Shown piece after piece: positions 15,646 through 24,522 of a stretch of 24,522 nt of DNA. The first letter of the stretch is position 1, and each line of letters begins with the position of its first letter. Position numbers and translations under genes: made by a program. Under the pieces are notes generated by a model. The model made no database searches. It was not told the origin of the DNA and was given only the letters and a program-made list of their open reading frames with translations. Source of the DNA: Folioceros fuciformis (lineage: Eukaryota); assembly GCA_049999805.1 (NCBI GenBank), contig JBNGIO010006113.1, positions 62,001-86,522 of the forward strand. The letters run 5' to 3'.

Positions 15646-18600
15646 GTGGCAGGGCCATGGCAATACACGGGTTCTTCGTCGACAGCCTGAAGATAAAAGA
15701 GCCAGGAGTAATCCACGTCTGGAGAGCTGATGGTGAGCCGCCCATGTTTGGATGCTGTCGGCGAGCCCTTGAAGGAGATAGGAATCTTGGTGGCCTTTTT
15801 GGGAGTCATCTTTTCTCCTTTCCCAACCGTGAATGCAGGGTTGTCCACGGTGTACACGTATTGCACCGGTTTCAAGAACACATTGGAGAAATTGGCTTGA
15901 CCTTTACCCTTGATGACGAGAATAGGACCTTGGGGACTGGGTGGCGTGCAAGTTCCAAATAAGTTGCACTTGTAGGTGCCCGCTGTCGGTGAAGATATGG
16001 TCAGCTGGCCTTGCAGTTTGGTGACCACATCGTGAGGTTCGAATTTCACCAACATCTGCTTGTAGCATGTTGTTTTCAGTTTCTAGTTGTTAGCGAGTGT
16101 GTGCACCTTGTCACCTCATACAGTAAGTACATTGTTACAGTGGGCTTTAAAGGATGGCATGCAAGTCACGAAAAGCGAGCTGTAGAAGGGTAGAGGTAGG
16201 ACAGCGAGGAGGAGGAGACATAATGTTACCTGCACAGGAACACCTAGTTCCGAGGTTGCCGCATCTGCGTTCACTTTGGAATCCACGGAAAAGCCTCCGT
16301 CCAGTCCAGCTTGGTTGATCTCACAGGTGTAGGTGGTCTTGTCGTGGAAGTAGTGCGTGAAGAAACAGGGTTTGGCCTGCTGACTGCCCAAAGGCACTAC
16401 AAAACTGAGGGGAAGCTCGAAGGCAGGGGCCAGACCCACGAGCTTGAGGCTGTACAGATAGTCTCCGAGGAGAGGGTTGGAGAGGGTTAGAGTGGTGTCG
16501 TAACTGGTTTCCAAGATGGGACGATAAGACACTTCCACAGGGAGAGAGGCTTTGGGCAGCAGGTCCAGGGTGGGAGGCACAGTGATGTCCTCGTGCTCGC
16601 AGGTACACTCTAGTGTGATGGGGACATCCAGCGGATTGGTGAATTTGAAGCTCTTGGTCTGCTTTTGCCTCACCAGACAGCGGAAGAGCAGCTCCTGGAC
16701 AAGATCTGGCTCGCTGGCCTCAAAGGTAATATTGTAGAAGATGTACTCCCCGGAGGCCTGGTTGGTGAAGGTAACTATTGCAGCGGTGAGCCCAGGCTTC
16801 TGGGCGTAAAAGTGGAGCACGCAGTCCCTGGAAGAGTTTCCCGGCACATCGATGAGCGTAGGGCCCTTGAGAGTGTCGTACAACGGCTGCTGCTGGTCGG
16901 GAGATCCCTTAGTTCGACCTTTGGTAGGCTCAGCTGCTGCTTTGGGCTTCTTCACTTTGTCCTTGTCAGCAGCAGCCTTCTTCTTCTCCTTGTCTTTCTC
17001 CTTGTCGGCAGGGGCCTTCTTCTTCTCCTTCTCCTTATCAGCAGCTGTAGGGGACTTGCTCCTACCATCCTTCTTATCCGTTCCAGCCCCAGCAGCAGGC
17101 TTGGAGAGCTGCACAGAGACGGTGAACTGCTGTGGGACCTTGAGCCAGTTGAGCACCTGCAAGTGCACGGGGTGATCACACCGTGCCTTCACATCGTACT
17201 TGACGTCCCCAGCCGACAGGGGCGGCTGCGTATCTCCCACCAGATCATAGAAGAGCGCAGAGCCATCCGGGAGAGGGAAGAAGACGGATCCCTGGTGCTT
17301 CACCAGCACGCTGGTCGGAGCAGCGGCAGCAGCAGCCTTCCCCTTCTTGGAAGCAGGGTCCCCGGCAGGGGTGACAGGAGCAGCAGGGGGAGACGTGATG
17401 ATGGTCGGGCACATGTGCATTGGCGTGTATGTGACGTTGTAGCCCACAACCTGCCCCGCCTTGACAGCCACATGGGTCGCGCCCTTCCAGTACTGGTTCC
17501 GGATCCTGGGAAGCAGGAGCCAGTCCTCCTTCATCTCGTTCTTGAGCTGGATGGTGATGGTGTGCGAGCTCCGCACTGGGGCCGTGAAGGCCAGCAGGGC
17601 CTCAGCCGGGGCGTGCTCCACGCACCTCCCCGTGAGCGTTAGGTACTGGGTATCCCCGCACTCCACCTGGCATGGTATGTTCTCCACGCTCACATCCGGG
17701 TTCACCTTGGAAGGGTGGAACGTAATGTCCACCACCGCCACCTGCTGCGGCGCCAGAAACCCGTCCTCGGGGAAGATGGTGAAGTCTTCAGCCAGCTCAG
17801 GGGAGACGGCGAAGTGGAAGTTGGTGCCCATATCTCCCGTGTTGTGGATACTGAGCTTCTTGGACTGGCGGGAACCCAACACCACCTCGCCGAAGGGGAG
17901 GTTGTTGCTGCTCAGACTGAGCTGAGTCCCGACGCAGGCCCCGGACACCCACAGCACCGTCCATTTGGTGCCGGACACGTCCAACTCCAAACCCTCGGTG
18001 AAGGCCGAGATCCGGCAGTGCGGCCGGAAATGCAGCTCCGCCACGCCGGACAAGCGCGGCCGGATGTCCAGCCCCTCCGCCGGCAGGGCCTCCACGTCGA
18101 ACTGTGCCAGGGCCGCGCGGCTGGGCTGGAAGCTGACATGCATCTGGGCTCGGCTACGGTTCACCAGCTTCACAGCGATCTTGGCAGTCTGCCCCAGCTT
18201 GAGCGGCTTGAAGGCCAGGCACTTCTGCTTGGGGTCTAGGAGCTCCAGGTGCACGGGGACTCCCTCCCCAGCCACCGCGATGTTCACCGTGTCCAAGCTG
18301 TTGATCTTGAAGGGCACGGTGGCCTTAAAGGGGCCCAGCATCCGCGGCCGGAAGATGATGCGCATGGTGGCCACCTGTCCCGGTGCCATGTGCAGCCGCC
18401 TGGTTCTCGTCTCCACCTCCACTTCCGGCACCGTGTTGTCGTACTGCAGCTCCACCACTGTGTCGTAGGATGCCTTGTTCTCGATCTCCAGGACTGTGGC
18501 AGCGGGCTCCAGTCCGGACACGTACGGGAAGGTTGGCCCGAAATCGTAAGACAGGAAGCTGAAATGCACCTTGGGCCTGTACACGGTGCCCGCCAGCACC

Positions 18601-21600
18601 AGCCTGCGGCAGCCATGGCCACCACACAACGGAATTGTGAGAGGACGAGCAAAGCTGAAGATGAACGAATCCGGGCAGCAGGAAATGGTGGACGACAGAA
18701 AGGCAACTTGGGGGGACTTGGGTTAGCCTACGACTTGTCTTAGGAATGATGCATAGGGTTTCAACACGGAGGTGAAGAATGCAGCCTAGGGTATCAACGT
18801 TTTAGTAGAGGAACGACGGTTAAGGAGGAAAAAAAGCAAGAAGAGGAAAGCAAACGAGGGATCACTTACTTGTAGGTGGGACCATGGTGGATTGAGAAGG
18901 AGACGGGGACGGCGAGCTCGGCGCAGGGGCTGGTCGGGCAGAGCGAGAGGAGGCAAGTGACCTGCTCGCCGCCAACACCCACGGCCGAGGCCACAGGATC
19001 CACGGACAGCTGAGCGTCGGGAGTGTCGGGGAGGTGCCAGTGGAACTCGTATGGCCTGGTGCCGGCGTTGGCGAAGGTGAGAGTGTTCACCACGGTGTCG
19101 TTGATGAGCACCTGGCCGTAGTGCACAGTGTTGGTGTCGGTGGCAGTGAGGAGGATGGGGGGAAGGCCGTCGGCGGACGCCTCCATGTACACCCGCTCGT
19201 GGATGGCGTAGGCGTCCCCCTTGATGTTGACGCTGAGCAAGGAGCCCGCGATGATATTGCAGAGGACGTTAAAGTTGTGCGGGCCCTCGGAGACGGGGGC
19301 GAACACCACCTCCAGTGGCAGCGTCGACAGCTCCCGCACGATGCCCTTGTCGGGGGTGAAGCGCAGGATGGTGGAGCTGTAGGTGGATCTGTCGAACTGG
19401 AAGGAGTACGGCACCTGCTCCGCGTTGAGCAGGTTGAGGAGCCGGCGGTCCTTCTTCCCCACCTGCACCAGGCCGAAGTTGACGCAGGCCTGGCCCAGGC
19501 TCACGTCCGGCTTCTTCACCCGCCCTACCAGCAGAAATTGCACCGAGATGTCCAGCTCCAGGATGTTGAAGCTCCAGAAGCTCTCGTGCAGGTCGAGCTG
19601 CGTCGGGACGAACTCGAAGCGCATCTCGTAACGCGCTCCTGGTCCCATCTCCCCGCCGATGGTGAGGCAGCGGAAGGGGTCCTTGCAGCAGCCGCTGGCC
19701 TTGTCGCAGCACCGCTGCTCGGCCGACACTGGCGGCACCGGCTTGGGCTTCTTGTTGGCCTGCCACATGAACTCGTATGCCCTGTTGGTCGGGTTGATGG
19801 CGATGAAGCTCAGCTTGTTCCGCACCTGCGTTCCAATGGACGTGACCTCGATTATGTGCGTGCCCAGGTCCAGCGGGCCCGGCTGCCCGTCCGGCCCTGG
19901 CAGCGCCGGGTCCCTGCGCAGCGCCGTGATGTAGTCGCTTCGCGCCAGCTCGAAGTGGCACCAGGGCCTAGTAACCTTCCCCGTCACCTTCACCTTCAGG
20001 GGCTCCATCTCCTCGTGGAGGTGCTCGATCTCGCACGTCAGAACTCGGCTGCAATCTTCAATCTCCCGGGGCGCGAATCGCACCCTCATGTTCATTTCCT
20101 CCCCGCAAGCAATCTGTCCCGTAGCGGGAACCACCGTGTACTGTCCCCTCCTGTCCACAACTCCGTCCATGTTCTCCACCTGCACATAGACGCATACGTG
20201 AAACTGATGCACCACATCAAAGTCACCCTAAAACCCTAAACCCCTGAACCCTCGTGAAACAAAGATCATCCAAACCCAGGTTGCACTTGACCATCTATCT
20301 CGTGGCAACCATTGCATCACAATAGAAGGTTTGTCACAATGTCACAAACCAGCACCTGCCACGCGAAGGACATGCAAGCCTTGCTCAAATTCTTCACGTG
20401 GAAGGTTATGCTTCTCGTTTGAAACATCATGGTAGTCCGAAAGCATAGTTCCTTAGTAGTGCAGGCGTATCGAATATTATCGGCCACTGCATTCACTCTC
20501 AGTGTCAACTGCTTATTGCTACCCTTCACCACCTCATGTGGCGGTTCCGCTGCATACACAACCTCTTCTTCTTCCTTCCCCTCCTCTTCTTTCTTCGAGT
20601 CTCCTTTTTTATCACCTAAGCCCTTAATACCCTTCCCTTCCACTTGCAATTCTGATTCTTCCTCTGATCCTTTCTTTGCTTTCCCTCCCTTGCCTTGCTT
20701 CTTGTCCCCTTTGGATGATGCACCGTCATCTAGTGATGCCCCCTTTTCTCCCTTCTTACTTTTAGAAGAAGCATCTTTATTTTGCTTGTTATCCTTACTC
20801 TTCTCATCGTCTCCAGTGGAAGCTTGCTTCCCCTTCTTGCCACCAGCTGCTCCTCCCTCCTTTTTGCTACCTTTCAGTTCTTCAGGCTTTGACAATCTGT
20901 CATCCCAATCGATCACCTCGCATCCCTCTTGCACCTTGTAAACAATATTGCTCAATTCCATCTTTATCTCCTTATTCTTGTACTCAACTGTGGATGTCGG
21001 ATGGAAAGTGACAATCATGCTCTTGGAAGTTCCAGCTCTCAGATGACCTACAGTGGGGATGAACTTTATGAAGGGAATGGAAGGGCAAACAAATTTCCAA
21101 TCCTTATCAATCATATTGTTTTGAAGGGTGAAGGTGGTGGATCGAGCCAAGCCAACAGGACCATCAGCAAAGTGTATTTCTTCATCGTTGTTATCGTTAT
21201 TGGGTAGACCCAAACACATGACATCCGGATTATATCCTTCTCCAGTGATCAAGATTGTGGAGCTATCAAAAGGGTTCTCATCAATCATCAACCTGATTTC
21301 TTGCGTGTATTTTGCCACACTATTTGCTGCTACATAAATCATGATAATCTTTCTTTCATTTATTGCGACATTGAACTTTTTCTTCACCTTTAGAGGAACA
21401 AATGTGCCATTCAAATCAAAAGTCATTTGGATCCATGGAATGGGTGCAGCCATAGCAATCCAAGCCACCACAGGAACCAAACCATTATTGTGCAACATTA
21501 TTGGGAGACACCTTGATCTACCCACAGGGATGTGTGGGAACTTAAGCCAAACTAGGCCTTCGGGGCTAAATAGTGAAGGGACCTCGATCTTGACATGAGG

Positions 21601-24522
21601 TAAAGTTCCCTCTCCTTTCAAGCCACATCGAAATTGTTTATTGGGTGTATCTCCAGCACCTACTACATTTGCCTCAAAATGAGCACAGTACTTTTGCATT
21701 GATAAAGGTCTAAAACAAAGGCACACATATCGATATTCATGAGATGGGATATAAACATGCGCTGGTTGAACTTCCATGCAAAATGGCTCTTGAGTAGACC
21801 CAACCAAATCTACTTCTGAGTTGCACGAAATAATCGAAAAGTTTACTGTACATGGGACCTTAAAGGGATTATCAATGCGAAAATTGGCTTTCACTGCTTT
21901 AGGTGTCTTGCATGGAGCATTGGGTTCATTTCCTATTGATCTCTCGAAACCCAATACCACAGCTCCGAAAGAAAAGACCTCATCCTGCTTCGAGAATGTT
22001 CCATATGGTTGAGTCGGACCTGGAAGCTCAAAATTGTCAACAACTCTATGCTCTTCAAATATCACTTCCGGCTCCACACTTAATCCGGGCCAACACGAAT
22101 TTGCAGAGATCTCATAGTAGTGTCCATCAGGATGGGTGAATGGATTTTCATCTTCGATCTCAATTCTAATCTTCTCCACAACATTACAAGGAAGGGATGA
22201 TAAGAAAACAATAGAAACATCTTTCGAAGTCCCCGGATGCACGATTCCTTGAGCTGAATTTATAGTCAAAGTCCTCATTTGTAAGATCTCTATGGGCAAC
22301 TCCTTACTGCTCCCCTTGTCACCCTTTTTTCCGTCTTTACCTCCTCCCTTATCTGAAGCATCCGACTTCTCCTTTTGTTTCTTAGTATTATCTTCCTTGC
22401 CTTTCTTCTTTCCTGCTTTCAGAGAGCCTGACTCCTCGTCTTCATTGCCTTTCTTCTTCCCTACTTTTGGAGAGCCCGACTCCTCATCTTCCTTGCCTTT
22501 CTTCTTCCCTGCTTTTCGAGAACCTAATTCCTCAACATCTTTCTTGTCCTTCTTTCCTTCTTTACTAGCTCCTCGTTCTTTCTCGTGCAATGCCTCTACA
22601 TTTTTCTCGTCTACGTTTTGCATCTTATTCTTCTTATCCTTCTTATCGCCTTTGCCTGAGTCGATTTTTAAAAGCCTTCAATTTATTAGCATGTTGCATT
22701 CATTGAATATTACAAAGAGAAACCTAGAATGTTAGAAATAGGAGGTTTCTATAATCTAGAAACATACCTGGTACACCCATATCCTCATCCTCAACAAGAG
22801 GTTGCTCTATCACAAAAGGTATTGCTCCATCTATCATATGGTATTTGAATGGGAAAAAGCCATTGTTCACTATTTTCAAGATCCTGGGCTCTGAAGGGAT
22901 CAAACAAGTCTGGTATCCAAAATGAATTCCGTGATTCGGCAACAAAGCATATTTGGAGTAAACAGTTTCCAAGTCTATGTAAATAGCTACAGATTGTTCT
23001 GCTTTGCCTCGGAATGGGTCTATTATATCTAGTCTCACGTCCTCATTATGTCTTAGGCATACTTCTCTTTCTATCTTCTTCTCCTTATTAAAGTGAACAT
23101 TCACCTAAAGGTTGTAAAAGTTAGACATCTAATACCCCCCTTGTCTCCAAAGCTTACATAATGGGTTGCAAAACATTGAATACTAGACTTACAGTGGCAG
23201 ATCCCTTGGGCTTCAACTCTCCTTCCATTGTAGAGATGATGAAGAGCTCTTTTATAAGATGGGTTGTCATAACAAACAAGAAACTTATCGCATATTTGCC
23301 TTTGTTTTCCAAGACAATGGGTTTTGAAGAATCCTCTCCAACCTTTAAGGTTCCATAATTAAGTCCTACCATAGGGGCTTGTTCTCCTTTGTTTGTAGGC
23401 CACTTGAGATTGAAGTCTATCTTATATGCCTCCGCATTTATTACCACAGGTAATTCTTGCATCACATTAGAAGGCTCCTTGCTGTCACTCACCTAGAAAC
23501 TTAACCAAGTAAGTACAAATAATATTCTCCTGTCATTTGGTAAAATATAGGCATTTCAAGTAACTTTGATTTCTTTCCAAAATTAGGGTGTTGTTAACAA
23601 AGCTCTTAGCATGCCATACCTGCAACAGTAATTTTTGATTGAACATTTTCTCCTCTATGGAGGTAAAAATCATGCTTATCAATGTACTACATTCTGGATC
23701 AAGAAGGCCATTTGTTTCGGAAAAGCAAAACTCTCTAGGAAGGCTCTCAAGTCCAGCAAATCTCCACATGACTTTTAAGGCTGACACATTTCTGTAACGC
23801 AATATTCAAGTTCAAAATCAATATAATTTATTTTGACTCTCACTTCACTTTAAAGTAACAATAATATGTACAACTTAATGAAACAAATATTGATCTTTTA
23901 TATATTTACATATATCTTGTAAAATGCACCAATAAATTGTACTGCATACTAACGTTATATTAATTTGTTTTCTAGCTGAATATCCAACAAGTAAGCGCTC
24001 GAATGTGATGACATTTGGGTCCAACTCCACATGTGGAAAGTCGGCAAGGCATACCACCTTGATCTCAATCGGATTTGGATTATCTTTCACTTTGAAAATT
24101 AATTTTCCCTCGCGTTGTCCTAAGTGATCCTGGATTATGTGTTCATCAATATAAGAAAATTAGTCAACAACATAAACAAAAGTGTTAGTATAATAATACT
24201 CATATAGAAAGCAAACTTTCACAACTAAGTTTTTTAGGTTTAGGGTTTTGTCTGTTGAGCATGGGGAAAATTCTTACCTTACTAGGGTAGCCAAATACTC
24301 GTAGCACTTGACTCTCATTTACTTTAAGTTTCATTGCAATGGGATGGATTAAGAAAAATGCATCAGATTTTGATCTCATCTTGCCGCCACCTTCGAGGCT
24401 ACCTTGTTTTCCTTCCAAGAAAAAAAAAGTTAGAAAAAAATAATAAAAAATAATACATAAATTAAATTATAATAGGCTCATAGTTAATAGTATATACCTT
24501 TCGTATTTGGGACTCCTGCAAC
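15513..24522 (-). CDS. HYDIN: HYDIN (axonemal central-pair protein), 3' part. Exons 5'->3': <24522-24498, 24411-24278, 24129-23954, 23791-23620, 23492-23193, 23104-22768, 22655-20356, 20179-18870, 18603-16230, 16055-15513
   Basis: Tandem ASH/Ig-like domains with HYDIN-typical segments: VKDNPNP, ITFERLLVG, FRTTMMFQTR, RPWCHFELARSDYITALRR, FIAINPTNRAYEFMW, FSFLSYDFGPTF, HNTGDMGTNFHF, HQGSVFFPLPDGSALFY, NWLKVPQQF, FTNQASGEYIFY, PQGPILV, SWLFYLQA. All nine GT-AG introns join in phase. The gene continues past the window edge. Confidence 0.92.
20226..20252 (+). repeat. Short degenerate plant telomere-like repeat (CCCTAAA)n / telo-box in a HYDIN intron
   Basis: CCCTAAA-A-CCCTAAA-C-CCCTGAA-CCCT, containing AAACCCTAA at 20231-20239. 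Confidence 0.65.
22391..22533 (-). repeat. Three-copy 48-bp coding tandem repeat in HYDIN
   Basis: Units at 22391-22438, 22439-22486 and 22487-22533 encode EE(L/S)GS(R/P/L)K(A/V)GKKKG(K/N)ED three times. Confidence 0.9.

Noticed and set aside
16665-20239. Long plus-strand ORFs (325 aa, 401 aa and others) antisense to HYDIN
   Set aside because: Expected stop-free shadows of GC3-rich coding sequence, with no independent protein features.
23154-23192. ORF-track read-through VSLVFNVLQPIM* and the GTAAGC donor at 23157
   Set aside because: That donor gives a 53-nt out-of-phase intron; the GTAAGT donor at 23192 joins in phase to VNVHFNKEKK.
15513-24522. Treating the separate minus-strand ORFs as different genes
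   Set aside because: They splice in phase through canonical GT-AG introns into one collinear HYDIN C-terminal region.

Overview
Gene-dense eukaryotic nuclear DNA from a non-seed land plant, most likely a hornwort. This is inferred from HYDIN (flagellated sperm), short GT-AG introns, and PLS-class PPR proteins with 'WW'-type and 'KP/DRH'-type DYW ends. In order: a decayed, 3'-truncated Ty1/copia LTR retrotransposon (67-~2506) abutting a frameshifted TPR+SET pseudogene (~2507-4367); intronless ATG16 (-); a degraded PPR fragment; a PLS-E PPR with a WW-type PG box whose DYW domain is cut off by a frameshift (-); a 6-exon TRIC/HP30 (Tim17/22+SAM) gene head-to-head with it (+); an intact PLS-E-DYW:KP (DRH-type) PPR, a candidate U-to-C RNA editor (+); and the 3' ten exons of HYDIN (-). 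The standout is the DRH-type PPR, which carries an OSB-type 'PDF' ssDNA-binding motif ahead of its PPR array. All calls come from reading motifs by eye; no searches were run.
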